Source: the human T2T-CHM13v2.0 reference genome, Homo sapiens
DNA length: 64,000 nt
Assembly (NCBI GenBank): GCA_009914755.4
Contig: CP068257.2
Coordinates: forward strand, 19,488,001-19,552,000
Reading direction: 5' to 3'
The position numbers and the translations under genes are program-made. Numbering within the stretch: position 1 is the stretch's first letter; each line of letters begins with the position of its first letter. The notes under the pieces are model-generated. The model saw only the letters and a program-made list of their open reading frames with translations, was not told the origin of the DNA and did no database searches. Below, one piece after another: positions 44,222-58,235 of the stretch.

Positions 44222-44926
44222 TGGTCATCAAGACTTATACAATGATAAGTTTCCCAGAAGTTGTATACCATCATATTCTCTGATGGGCCATTTGCAATAG
44301 ATGTAACCAGAACAATAAGAGTCAGGAGACTCTTGCTAGAATTGCTACAATTCCACTCAGTCATTAAAAGTTACTTACTTTTAATATTATACATTGCTAG
44401 AGTTCCACCCAGTCATTAAAAGTTATTGCAGATCATCATCACATTGTGTGACCACATTGTTACGCAGAATGATGCCTCTAGGTTTACCAGATTTTTATTT
44501 GAATTTGCTAGGTTCAAATAAAACCACTCTCTTCCTGCTACATGGATTCCCAAGCAGTAATTTGTCTTTCAACATATTGCATCTCTCTCAAAAAGTTTGG
44601 TGGAATAGAATCTTTCTGGTCAGTCACAAAATTCAGACTAAACGCCATTTCATCAACTTATATTGATAACCTGTATACAAATATTTAAATATTTTACCAT
44701 AACCTGCTGACTACCCTTCTCTAAGTATTGCTTTATCTCCAAATTATGCTATTAGTTTTGTTGTTTTATGTCCTTTCTCTTTCTTTTATGTGATTAACCT
44801 TTATGTAAATGGCTTTCTAGATTTTTTTAGTTGTGTTTTGGGGGTGATCTGGGAATTACTACTGGGTGAGTGGGTGGGAATTAAAGTGAACGTTCTTGTG
44901 TTGTTTGCAGAGAGGACTGCCAGTTT

Positions 44927-44948
44927 TCTCTCTCTCTCTCTCACTCTC
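44927..44948. repeat. (CT)n dinucleotide repeat
   Basis: CTCTCTCTCTCTCTCACTCTCC. Confidence 0.8.
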
Positions 44949-47363
44949 CCCTTGAAATCTATTGTGCTTTATTATCAGATCGCTAAAAATTTTAGCCATG
45001 ATTAGATGTAGATTTTGAAGAAAAAAAGGATAATCCAGTATCTCTGTTTACTTCTATATAATGGTTTACTCTTTGGTTTTAGTTTGAATAGCATAAAAGA
45101 GATATTTATAATATATTTTTCTTAAAATTTTATAAGCTTGAACTTCAGGAAACAGAAAAAAAGAGCACAGTTACCTAAAGTAAGCATAATAAAACAAATA
45201 CATCAATGAAATTTAAAACAGGAAATCAAGAGAGAAAAATCAATGTTTAATAAGATTAGATAAGAGTACTAAGATTGACAAACTTCGTTCCATTCAGGGT
45301 TCCTCAGAAAATAGAAAAAAGAAACAGATGATTGATATCAGGAATGAAAGTGGAGGCATCACTACAGATCTTATGGACATTAAAATCATAAAGGAATATT
45401 GTAAAAATTATCTGCTTACGAATTTTATAACCTACACAGAACACACCAATTCCTTGAATGACACAATCTTCCAGAACTCACAAAAGAAACAGATTATCTG
45501 ACTAGGCCCTTATTAAATAAATTGAATCCGTAAGTAATACAAAATAGAGAGTGCCAATCCCATATAAGTTCATGGGTGAATTATACCAAACATTGAAGGA
45601 AGTAATTACACTAATTCTCCATAATCTCTTTCAAAGTATAGAAGCAGAGGGAATCCATCCTAACTAATTATATATGGTCAGCATTACCCTAATACTAAAT
45701 TACATGAAGATATTATAAGAAAAAAAACTACAGTCCAACATAGCGCATAAACATAGACGCAAAAATCCTCAACAAAATATTAGCAAATAGCATCCAACAA
45801 TATATAAAAATATTTTTACTTTACAACCGAGTGGGACTTACTCCGGGTGTGTAAGTCTGGTTCAACATTTGAAAATCAATGATTACATTTCCTCATATCA
45901 GCAGGCTAAAGAAGGAAAACACAGGATCCTAGATACAGAAAAAAAATCTAATAAAATCCAACACCCATTCATGATAATAATTCTCAGCAAACAAACAATA
46001 GAGGGTAACTTCATCAGCTTGATAAAGAACATCTACCAAAACCTACAGCTAACACCATACTTGGTGTTAAATTAGAGCCTTCCCATTAAGATTCGGGAGT
46101 AAGCTCAGGATACCCCTTCTCATTAGCGCTTTTCATCATTGTACTGGAAGTCCTTGCTATGCAATAAAAAAATAGAAGAAAGGAAAAGACATACAGACTG
46201 GAAAGGAATAAATAAAACTGTCTTTCTTCACAGATGACAGGGGTGTTTATTTAAAAAATCCAAAGAATCAGCAACAGAAACAACAAAAGCTTTCTAGAAT
46301 TAATAAGCAATTATAGCAACGTTGAAGATTATAAGGTTAATGTGTGTCAATTACTTTCTTACATATTAGCAATAACCAAATAAAATTTGAAACTAAAACA
46401 CATTACTATATTAATACTTTCCAAAATGAAATATTAGAGTATAAATCTAAAAAAGTCTAAGAGCCATATGAAGACAACTACAAAACTATGATGAATGATA
46501 TCAAAGAAGAACTAAATAAATTCAGATACATTCTTAGCTTACGTGTAGGAAATCTGAATATTGTCAGGATGCCAGTTTTTTCCGACTTTATCTATAGATT
46601 CAACATAATCTCAATAAAATCTTAGCAAGTTACTCTGTAGCTATCAAGAAATGGATAGCTAAAGTTCATGTGGAGAGGCAAAAGACCCAGAATGACCAAT
46701 TCAATATTGAAGCAGAAGAACAAAGTTGGAAGACTCCATTATTAGACTTTAAGATTTACTATCTATCTGCAGTACAGACAGTGTTGTTTTGAGAAGAGGA
46801 TACACAAATAGATCAATGAAACCGAGTAGAGATTCCAGAAGTAGACCCACATCATTATAGTCAGCTGATCTTTGATAAAGGAGCAAAGGTAATATACTGG
46901 AACAAATACAGTTTTTACAACAAATGATATGGGAGCAACTAGATATCCACTTGCAAAAACTGAATCTAGACAACGACCATAAATCCTTCACAAAAATTAA
47001 TTCAAAATGGATCGATCATAGCCCTACATATAAAATGTAAATCTATAAAACTCATAGAAAGAAGATAACAGGATAAGATCTACATGACCTTGTGCATCAT
47101 AATGACATTTTAGGTACACCAAAGGCACAATCTGTGAAAGAAATATTTGATAATCTGGACTTCATTACAATTGAAAATTATTTCTCTTGAAAGACCCTGT
47201 CAGGAGAATGAGAAGTGAAGCCACAGACTGAGAAAAAAATATTTGCACAAGATACATCTGATAAAGAATTGTTATCCAAAATATACAAATAACTCTTAAA
47301 ATTCAACAATAAGAAAATCAATAACTTGATTAAAAATGGTCAAAACCCTGAGCAGACACCTCA

Positions 47364-47685
<322 letters not shown>

Positions 47686-48305
47686 AAAATATACAGACAG
47701 CAAATAAGCATATGAAAAGATATTCAACATTATATGTCATTAGAGAATTATAAATTAAAACAATGAGATACCACAGCACCCTTATTATAGTGGCCAAAAT
47801 CCAAAACACTTGACAACAAAAAGTGCTAGTGAGGGTGTGGAACAAGATGAACATTCATTCATTGGTGGCGTGAATGGAAAATAGTACAGCCACTTTGGAA
47901 AACTGCTTGGGACTTTCTTACAAAACTAAGCATATTCTTAATATATGATCCAGCAGTTTTACTCCTTGGTATTACCCATATTAATTAAAAACTTGTGGCT
48001 GCACAAAAACCTACGTGTGAACATTTATAGTGACTTTATTTAGGATGTCCTGTAGATTAATTAGTAAATGGTAATACATCCAGATAATGGAATATTATTC
48101 AGCACCAAAAAGAAATGAGCAGTCAAATAATGAAAAGTCATGGAGGAAACTTAAGTGCATATTACCAAGTAAAGAAGCCAATCTGAAAAGACTACCTACA
48201 TATGATTCCAAGTATATGAGACTCTAGAAAAGGCGAAACTCTGGAGACAGCAAAATGATCAGTGGTTTCCAGGGTTTGCAAGGGAAAGGATGAACAAGGG
48301 GAACA

Positions 48306-48389
48306 CAGAGGCTATTTAGGGCAGTGGAATTACTCTGTTTGATACTTCAGAGGCTATTTAGGGCAGTGGAATTACTCTGTTTGATACTT
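48306..48389. repeat. 42-bp perfect tandem duplication inside the L1 (CAGAGGCTATTTAGGGCAGTGGAATTACTCTGTTTGATACTT x2)
   Basis: Copy 1 at 48306-48347 and copy 2 at 48348-48389 are identical. Confidence 0.9.
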
Positions 48390-51300
48390 AAGTGGTGGAA
48401 ACACATGTCATTACATGTTTACCAAAATCCATGGAATATATATTCTGAGTGAACCTTAATGTAAGCCATAGACTTTGCATGTTGTTGATGTATCAATGTA
48501 GGTTCATCAATTGTAACAAATGCATCACTGTGGCATAGGGTGTTCCTAGAGGGGGGAAGGCTGTGCTTGGTGTGGGGACAGGGCTATATGGGAACTCTCT
48601 GCACTTTCTTGTCAGCTTTGCTGTGAACTTGAAACAGCTCTGAAAAATCACATTTATTGATTGCTAAAAAAAAAATGTTACGAGTTGTGAACTTCTGCCT
48701 TTCATTTAAAGGGTTTTGGAAACACTTTTCAGCTTTAAATTTGATATTGTAATAGATTACACAGTCAATTAGACAAGGGTGTGGTAATACATTTATAATG
48801 TGATACTTTCAGCCACTGTTATGATTAATTGCCATGCATTAAACATTGGCTGAGAAATGACACTTGAAAATGATGATGGGATTATTACTATTAAGCAGGT
48901 TCTAAGCTGGGGTATGACAAGGACTTGTAGCATGTTTTCTTAAGGAACTATTCCAAACTACAAATGCCTATGCAGCAATGTTCAGTAAAAGATGAAGCAT
49001 ATACAATTTAGAAAAAAAATTAGTTAGAACTAAACTGTAATGAACACTCATGTTTGCTAGGCACTGATAGTAAGAGGATTTGCATGAATAATGTTATTTA
49101 ATCCTTCCTTTATCTCTATTTGGTAGGGTATATTTTGTCTTGGTCTGATATTGAGAAAACTGTGAGGTACTCAGAGGTAAATAAATTGCTCTAAGTCACA
49201 CAGAAAATGTTGAAGTCAGGTGTCAAATGGTCTCGCCTCTGGAGTGTACCTTGTAGCAATTTTCTCATACTGGTTCCCACTTTGCTGTGTTGTTTTTCTT
49301 AACCACCCTTGACTGCCACAGACTGGAATAGCGAGGGCACTGAGTTTTGAAGAAAATATTTGATGCTACCATTTTTCGAGGTCAGTAGGCATCTGACAAG
49401 ATTGGTGGGCAAAGAAACAAAACAATAAGGAATATTTTGAAAATCTTTTCTATAGCTAAAAGGTAGTAGAGTACAGTTGATTGAATTACAACACAGGATA
49501 AATTTATTGTACTCGAGAATGCTAATGGGGATAGAATCAAAGGTCAATATTCAATCAACAGAATTATTTTTTTTCGCTTGGTAGGTTAAATGGAAGGAAT
49601 TATGCTTATTAGTATAGTGCTATAGCTTGCACATTATTTATATTTCCAAATTGCAAGAACTTCAGTCCCTTATGTTTTAAAAAGCCTAATCACTGTAAGC
49701 AAAATAAATAAATTTTATGTCTTTTATCCTCAAATAACCTTAATAAATCAGCATAACACACATGGGCTGTGGCTTTTCCACATTTTGACTTTTTTCCTCA
49801 TCAAATATAGATCGTATTTTTTTTTCCTTTTTTTTCTGTGTAGTCCCCTATTTAATGGGCATTTGTTTCCAATTGTTTTCTGACAGAGGAATGACAATAT
49901 CATCAGTTTGGTAAATTAAGAGGAAAAAATAACAGATTTTCACATACTGGAACCTCAGGCCAAAAATTTTAAAAAAGTTTTTAGATGCACTAGTACCACC
50001 CTTATTTAAGAATATTATAATATTTGTAAGATTTTACAAACCTTTAAACCATAAAATGAACTTCCTTAGACATGTGTTTCATTTTGACCTAACATGTTTG
50101 AATCATGAGGAGATTTTTTTAAATGTCTTTTTTCCTAAACTTTTTATTCTAGTCATGTGCCATCTGTAAGTCTGAAAAGTTCTGTAAAATGACACTTTAA
50201 AATAACTCTTTCTTAGCATATACTTTACATGTACATTGCATATTGCATAGTTTTAGTCATATATAACTATATAATCACTTGATTGCCATTTATAAAGTTT
50301 GGCATAATTATATGTGAGAAGCAAGTGCATTGGTTTAAAAGTATTTCAGCCTTTAACTGGATAAAGTGTTTTCTCTTACTTACTAAATGACACTATCAAT
50401 TTTATCTAGAGCTGCAGGCGATTCATTAATACTTTAGTCATTGAATATATGACATTTAAAATATCTAACTGAAAATTGGACACATATACTGCATCAAACA
50501 TGCTATTGGCTGAGATTTTTCTTAAAATTTACGGACATCTGTAGTCTCTTCACATATACTTCTCAACTTATTTTCCAAATGTATATTTTATAAAGAAGAA
50601 CTACTAAAGAAATAAATTAGAAAATAAAATATTTTTGTTTATTTCACTTTTCCTGTTTGATCTTTTACTGCTTTAAAAATTTACCCTGTAATATTATTTA
50701 TGAGACTCAATAAGGGTGGACTTGACTAATAGTTATAGTGTGAAATGTATCTTCACTTCTTGCAAGGGACTTTGAGAGTGCAGAGTATTGTAAATAATTA
50801 ATGTAACATTATGCCTGAAGCATAGAGGGTATTCAAATGTTGTAGAAATGAATTAGAAAAATTATTCCTTTTTTTGTGTATTTAGTAACACACAAGAAAA
50901 TTTAACTACTGATGGTAGAAAGATATCCCAGGGAATTATATGTAGTTAGTCGCTAATTCATTGGTGTTCATTGGAAAGAAAGTGGACAATGTTCAATGGA
51001 ATTAAATGTGACAAGTAATGTTATGAAGAGTTATGTATAGTATTATACTTCAGAGCAGTTGCATTTCAGAGTAATACAGACTTGCTTAGAGGCACATTAA
51101 TAGACTTTTTTTTCCGTTTCATTTATAAGGTTGTCAATAGCAATGAACCTTGTATTTAGTTAGAAGTGTACTACAGCAGTGAAGTCTGAAATAATGTATT
51201 TTCTGCACCTTCACTTAGTGAACCTTGAAAGACAGAGTAGTGAATGACCATGAGAGTATTCTTATGGAACATGCTAAACTGAGTTTATTTAGTTGTTTCC

Positions 51301-51640
51301 ATAGATTTCCTTAGGGTAAGGCAAGAACTTATCTCTAAAGGAAATGCCATAAAACCTCTTTTGAGAGAGGCATAGACAGTTGGATGTAAATACACTCATA
51401 TCCTGCTGTATTAAATCCTGAATCATCCTACATCTTTGGAATAACGATTAGCATGCTTAGATAAATAAACATCCCAGATGCGCTGCAAACTGTCATATAT
51501 GTCATTTTTTATCAATGAGACCTTTGATGAAAATTGAGGCTACAGCATAAAGATTCTGTGTGGCATAATTAGCATACCCAGAGGCTTGAAGGGTTGCAAG
51601 ACCTAGGATTGGCATACAGGTGTGAAAATTAGAGGTTTAA

Positions 51641-52022
<382 letters not shown>

Positions 52023-52970
52023 TAAAACACAAGATGCCTAGTTAAATTTAAATTTCCGATATGTGATGAATGCTTTCTTTGAACAGTATAAGTGTCTTTC
52101 ACGCAATATTTGGAACATATTTCTAGGAAAAAATATTAGTTTTTATCTGAAAAACAAATTGAACTGGATATCCTGTATTTTCTCTAGCAAGCCTATAGTG
52201 AGACAGCTTGGGACAGACAAGGATCAGCATCATTTTTGCCACATGACTAGTGCTGTCTAAGGGATAATGAATTTCCCACAGACTATGTTTCTGGAAGGCA
52301 ATAAGTATAAATTTTATTTTTAAATTGAATTATAACAGGAAATATTTGCTGAGTGCCTACTTGATATAAGAAATCCTGTTAGGTGCTTGTCAGGGAACAA
52401 ATAAAATTACTGCCTTTAGGGAGAAAACAAGTTTAGCTAGGAGACAGGAAATTAAAAAAAAATAAATAAATACCAATAATACAATTACAAATAAAGAAAA
52501 TTGTTATGAGAAAAGAGAGCTATCTTTAAATAGAAAGGCCAGGGAAGGGTTAACTGAGAGGATATGTTTTGAGCTGAGGAGTGAAGATAAAGAATGATCT
52601 GAGATAGTCATGTCCAAAGCTAAGAAAAGAGCTTTCTAAGGAGTGGGAATCTATACATAATAATACCGTAAATCAAGAAAGAACTTGACATGGAGCGTAA
52701 TGGATAATTATTTCTAGAACATAGTGAAAAATTATATAGATCCTTGCAAGTCACAGTAATAAAGTTTTTTTTTCTTTAAAAAGAAAAAGGATGGCTTGAA
52801 ACAGAAAAATAACATAATTTGATATGTCTTTTGAGATGAGTCTGGTTAACAGAATAGATGGTAGAAGAGCAAGATCACAAACTGGGAAACAAGTCAAGAT
52901 GTAAATTCAGTAATCCGGGGTCAGTGGGTGGGGAAGGCTGATGATGGTAGACTTGAAAAACTAGGGTGGT

Positions 52971-53279
52971 GGCCGGGTACCGTGGCTCACGCCTGTAATT
53001 CCAGCAGTTTGGGAGGCCGAGCCAGGAAGATCATGAGGACAAGAGATCGAGACCATCCTGGCCAACATGGTGAAACCCTGTCTCTACTAAAAATACAAAA
53101 ATTATCTGGGCATGGTGGCATGCACCTGTCTTCCCAGCTACTCAGGAGGCTGAGGCAGGACAATCACTTGAACCTGGGAGGTGGAGGTTGCAGCAGGCTG
53201 AGATCGCGCCACTGCACTCCAGCCTGGGCTACAGAGCGAGACTCCGTCTCAAAAAAAATAAAAAAAAATAAAATAATAA
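52971..53279 (+). mobile_element. Alu (AluS/Y-like), sense, TSD about AAAAC(T)AGGGTGGT
   Basis: GGCCGGGTACCGTGGCTCACGCCTGTAATTCCAGCAGTTTGGGAGGCCGAGCCAGGAAGATCATGAGGACAAGAGATCGAGACC ... CTCAAAAAAAATAAAAAAAAATAAAATAATAAAA. AAAAACTAGGGTGGT is at 52956-52970 and AAAACAGGGTGGT at 53277-53289. The 146-aa track ORF 52928-53368 is this Alu. Confidence 0.92.
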
Positions 53280-55384
53280 AACAGGGTGGTAACATTAAAG
53301 ATAGCAAGAAGTGGATTAATTTAAGGTTTGCTTTGGAATTAGTGAGGAGGGCATGTAGAAACCGTTAAGGGTTTAGTTGTTAGGTCTGATAGAAAATGAG
53401 AATGAATCAGGCTGATTCTGTATTTTAGCTGAGAGTACCTAGTGTATTTATTCAGAGAAGGAAGCCATGGAGAGAAGAGATTTGTGAAGTAAAATTCAGT
53501 GTTAGTGATCAGTAGTGACAAACTGATTTGTACTGTGGTAGGTATACACATTACTTCTGGATAGATTCCTAAAATGAATAACCTAACATTTCCATCTGAT
53601 CCCCAAAACAACCAATTTTATGTGTTTAACCTTTTGTTTCCTTCCTTGTCCCCAGAAGACTAATTCTCTGCAGAAAATGTGGTTTAAAACAGAAATGCCT
53701 GCATTAACTTTCACTTTCAGAAACGTCCAGTATTTATTCTAAAAAAGTGCATTAGATGTTCTGTGAGTTACCAAGAATACAGAAAACTAAAAAGAAAGAA
53801 AGGAAAAAGAAAGAAAAGCATTAGGGTAGCTGAGATACCACTGTGACAAACTGGGCTCTTTCAGTTAAGAGATAACACCTGTGAATTATTGGAAGCACTA
53901 GGCTATTTGTATTACTGTGTTACCATCTCTGAATCACTTGACTGGAACTCTTAGATCAAATCAATCATACATTATAAGCCTGTATTGATAACACAATGCC
54001 ATTTCCAATGTATTGGACCAAAAGTATCATCAGAATAATTCAGAAAAAAACATAAATACTGAGAAATGAGAGTGTCATAGCAACCATCTATATATAGTTG
54101 AAATATCCTCCTAATGGTGATGGATAATCATAACTGCATTTCCTTATTAACCATCTATCTTTCATATATATTGCTAATTTGGTGTTCTAACAAATTCTTG
54201 CCTAGTATCAATCTAGTTTTTACAAAATATTAACTCTAGAGTTTTTCTATGAAAATGTAAATGGATACTTGACACATTTATTACAATGTAACATAGATTA
54301 TTGAAACATGAACAAAATAAGAGTCAAAATATTTTGAGGGAGAAATTAATAACATTTTAAGACAGTTTTTAAGTCAGAATATTTTAAAAGTGTTTTTTTT
54401 GAATTTTGTTTTCCATCAGGAATGTTTGAAGTTATTTCCTAAATAAAAATATTATATATTTCATTTTCCATGTTAAATACAATCAGGAAATTAAAGCAAA
54501 GTTTTGTTTAAATCAGCATTTATCTGTACTAGAGAATTGCTGTACTAGTTGCTTATGGCTCAGGATTATAGAACTGTTTGTTGATGGAATAGTTAAAAAA
54601 AAAAGGCAAAAAGAAAACAACAAAGACTGGAAGTTGAAATCTCCTAACAGACATACCTATTATAACCAAAAATTACACCTAAATATAAATGTCTAGCCTG
54701 TATTCAATATCAATGCCTATTTACTTAGAACATTTATAGTTACTTTATTGGATCAACTATACTTAATTTATTCTGTAAAGGCAATTTCAGCCACATTTTA
54801 AAAAGTAAGAAAGAGAATATATTGTAGGAGCAATTGTGAAAGTTATCTCCCAGTGAACTTTTTTTATTCAAGAAATCTTTAGATACAGCAGAAACTTAAA
54901 TGAAAATCGTGTGTAGATCCTATGTTTACTAATTCAGTGCTAGCAAATTATGTCCTACAAATAAATCAGTGTTAAACCCTGTTTGTTATTTTCTTTTGTA
55001 TTTACTATAACTACTTTCTAAATATGTATTTGCTTAAAGATTTCACCCATCATATATCTCTGACTCAAAATCCATATTTATTCATTATCTTTAAAAGTGC
55101 ATTTGCAGATTGTCTAGAAACATACTATTACATGCTTCATTGGGTTTTTATAAACAGTTTTAGAAATATTTATTAATTAGCATTACCAAATGCACCTGAA
55201 ATGCTCACCATTTCCCATGAACGACAACCAATTATAAGTGAATTATAGTGTTTTTATTGCATAGTCATCTATGAATAGCACATGTCACATATATATATTT
55301 AAAGTCAGTAAAGTGAAAGGAAGCCATGTATGACATTAATTTTTAATGAAATCCTTATTTTATAAAAAGTAATGCCATGTTAAC

Positions 55385-55555
55385 ATGTGTTCCTTTCCCT
55401 TTCCATTTCTCACCTACTCTCTTTCTCTCCCCTCTCCTTCTCTTTTTTCCCTCCCTCTCTCCCTCCTTTCCCTTCCCCTCTCTTCTCATCCCCTGCCCTC
55501 CCCACTCTCCTCTCTTTCTTCCTTCCTTTCTTCCTTCCAACAATGAACTGGACAC
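55385..55555 (+). repeat. About 170-bp polypyrimidine (CT-rich) tract on the + strand, polypurine on the - strand
   Basis: TTCCTTTCCCTTTCCATTTCTCACCTACTCTCTTTCTCTCCCCTCTCCTTCTCTTTTTTCCCTCCCTCTCTCCCTCCTTTCCCTTCCCCTCTCTTCTCATCCCCTGCCCTCCCCACTCTCCTCTCTTTCTTCCTTCCTTTCTTCCTTCC, almost devoid of purines. Track ORFs 55355-55574 on both strands are low-complexity artefacts (EGRKEGRKRGE...). Confidence 0.9.
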
Positions 55556-57589
55556 TTTCCTCTCAATGAAATGAATTGCACTTTATCTTCCTTGTTGTAT
55601 TGACCATAACTGCTTTTGCCATGGGACAATGTTAATTATAGGTAAGTTTATAAAATAAAAATAGAATATTTTGTTTGATAATGTCTGTCACATATTTTAT
55701 AAAAACAGTTTATATATTTTTATATTTGATTTTAGATGGAATAGGAATTAAGGTCTGTTTTAATGTCATTGCATTGAAATTAATAATTTAAGTTGAAAGT
55801 AATTTTGTCTGATTAACTTAAACACAAGGGTATTGACAATTAGTTACAAAATAAAAACAATTTATTGCTGTTTTCTTCTTACAATGAAAAACATTTCACA
55901 TTTTTTAAATCAAAGCAACTAATCTGGATGAATTAATTTATCTATATTTTTATTCCTTATAGAACAGTGATAAGGCTGAATTTCGTTGGTACTCTTGATT
56001 TTTCTTCTGCTAAAGTAAGAAGCAGAGAGAGAATTTGAGACAGAGCAATGGCTAGTTCAGCTAGTGGTAAATATAGTCACTACTGCCTTCTTTTAATTTT
56101 AATCCAAACATTCAGATTTTTAAGTTAATTTCTGATTGCTTCATATTTTCCTCTACAATTTTTAATTTTTATATAAATGGTTCACTCAGCAAAGCAAAAC
56201 CTTAATTTTCTGATTATTTTTCCAGAGAAGCAGATATTTTCTATGAAAGGAATTTAATACAAGAATATACTATACATTATGTTTATGCTATGAGCCAGAC
56301 ACTGAGGTGGAAAGAGATGAATTAGACATGCTTACTAACTTCATAGTCCAAGATCTCCATATCTGTATTTTTAATGTATGTTAGAATTAATAATATACCT
56401 TTACCTATATTAAATTATATAAGCTTTTATTCTAGTCTATATTACTTTACAGAAGTAGAAATCACTTAAAAGTATCATAATTACATTTTTAAAATAATAT
56501 ATTTTTAATATTTATTTTCTAAAAAATGATTACTATCACTACCTATGAAATGGTTCTCTTATGCTTGAGCTTCAGGCTTGAAGAGACTATACATTTTGGC
56601 AGTTCATCAGTATCAGATATTTGCATAGTACACGGTGAAATTTTCTCACAAAGGTGGTGTCTACCTTACAAGTCCATGAATTACTGAGGGTAGATTCAGA
56701 GATGAAAGCTCATAATATTCAAATGTTGTTCAGGCCAGAGGGGCTAACACATAAATTCTAATAATTATCAGAGCTTTCAGAGCTGCCTCTGAACTTTTAT
56801 GCAAGAGTTTCACGAAATTAAGGTTTGACATGAATTCTAATGAATTTAAGGTTAGGAGACTTTATATCTTAATGAATTTAAGATTTAAGATTCATTCTAA
56901 TGAATGAATGAATTTAAGCTTATGAACCTTTATATCTTAAACAAAGTAATAATTACCAGCTTTATCCTGATTTTTTTTTCAACAGCTACTTGGTAATGTC
57001 TACTAACTATATTTGCTGATTGTATTATTAAATTAATATTTTCTGATAGTCTACTTATTTCTTATGCTGTATATTTGAAAGCAGTACAAAGTCGAGTATA
57101 CCCGAAACAAATTGAATGTTTTGCCTAGATTTCTTTTTTTCCTCCCCTCATATACTGTTTTGCCTTAAGAAATTGTTTTCTTGGCATGAAATCACTAATC
57201 AGAAATTCCAGTCAATTCTAAAGTGACATTCTCCCCACATGCTATTGGTGTTAACTATAATTAATCCCAACAGCTGTTGTCTTCTTTTATGTGTGACATT
57301 TGTCAAGAAGTCATCCTCGTAGTGTCAGCTAATTATTTTGTATCCGGACTGTTTTATTCAAACTAGAAAATATATTTACTTCCTTATAGAAGTAAACATC
57401 TCTGGTTAATATATGTGTCATTTTCAAGGGTAATAGACAGTTGTTTTCAGGTCAGTTTTTGCAAGTGCAGATGTAGGACGTCATGGATTGACTCCGGTGT
57501 AAACTGCAGTGTCAGACATATCCCCAGGATGTAGCACAGTGTATCCACAGAGGGCGTACTCATCTGTTGTTTCAGTTTTCTATTGATGT

Positions 57590-57955
57590 GTAACAAAACA
57601 AAACTAAACTTGGTAGCTTAACAGAAAAACAATTCATTATTTCTCATAATTCTGTTGGTTGATTGAAAATTCTCTTTCATTGTCAACTGAACGCTGGACT
57701 GCCAGACAGTCCCAAATGGCCTCCCTGAAATGCCTGACTGTTGGTGCCACTTGCCATCTGGGAGATCAGCTGGAGCTTTTGAGCAGGACTTCATTTGTCC
57801 TTCCTCTTGGCTTCTCCTCATCACTACTTGGCCTTCCTCACAGACTGATGGCTACCATCCAACAAAGGACGTTCCAATGGGTGCTGAAAAGCTGTGTAAC
57901 TCTTAAGACCCAGACCTCAAAGTTACACAGTGTTACATTTTTCCAATAAAACAAT
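57590..57955 (+). mobile_element. MLT1-type (ERVL-MaLR) LTR, 5' part, sense, truncated at its 3' side by the L1 fragment at 57960
   Basis: Starts TGTAACAAAACAAAACTAAACTTGGTAGCTTAACAGAAAAACAATTCATTATTTCTCATAATTCTGTTGGTTGATTGAAAATTC (consensus 'tgtaacaaattaccacaaacttagtggcttaaaacaacacaaatttattatcttacagttctggaggtcagaagtc'). Contains the 96-aa track ORF 57659-57949. Confidence 0.6.
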
Positions 57956-57959
57956 TAAA

Positions 57960-58235
57960 TAAAAAAATTAATTTTATGGATACATAATAGTTGTGCCTTT
58001 TATGCGATACATGTGATAAATTCTATTTAGATATTTTACCCATTTTTAATCAGATCTATTTGCTATTGAGTTGTTTGAGTTCCTTATATATTTTGATTAT
58101 GAATCTTTTGTCAGGTGAAGAGTTTGCAAATATTTTCTCCCATTTTATAGATTGTTTCCTCACTTTGTTAATTGTCACTCTTACAAGATTCAATTTGTTG
58201 AGTTTGTGAGATGAGATTATAGTCAAATAGGTAAA
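57960..58235 (-). mobile_element. LINE-1 ORF2 fragment, antisense
   Basis: ATCTATTTGCTATTGAGTTGTTTGAGTTCCTTATATATTTTGATTATGAATCTTTTGTCAGGTGAAGAGTTTGCAAATATTTTCTCCCATTTTATAGATTGTTTCCTCACTTTGTTAATTGTC matches L1 antisense '...tgctattgagttgtttgagttccttatatattttggatattaatcccttgtcagatgtatggtttgcaaatattttctcccattctgtaggttgtctcttcactctgttgattgtttcc'. Confidence 0.7.

Noticed and set aside
52928-53368. Longest track ORF (146 aa, + strand) and similar ORFs of 98-122 aa at 1367-1663, 12401-12769, 12367-12693, 14135-14491 and 51657-52025
   Set aside because: All lie wholly within Alu elements. Their translations are the stereotyped Alu read-through peptides (e.g. ...[18 protein letters not shown]..., ...[12 protein letters not shown]...). 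None is a gene.
57659-57949. 96-aa ORF on the + strand
   Set aside because: Lies entirely inside the MLT1-type LTR (57590-57955). LTRs are non-coding, and the ORF has no start context or homology that I can recognise.
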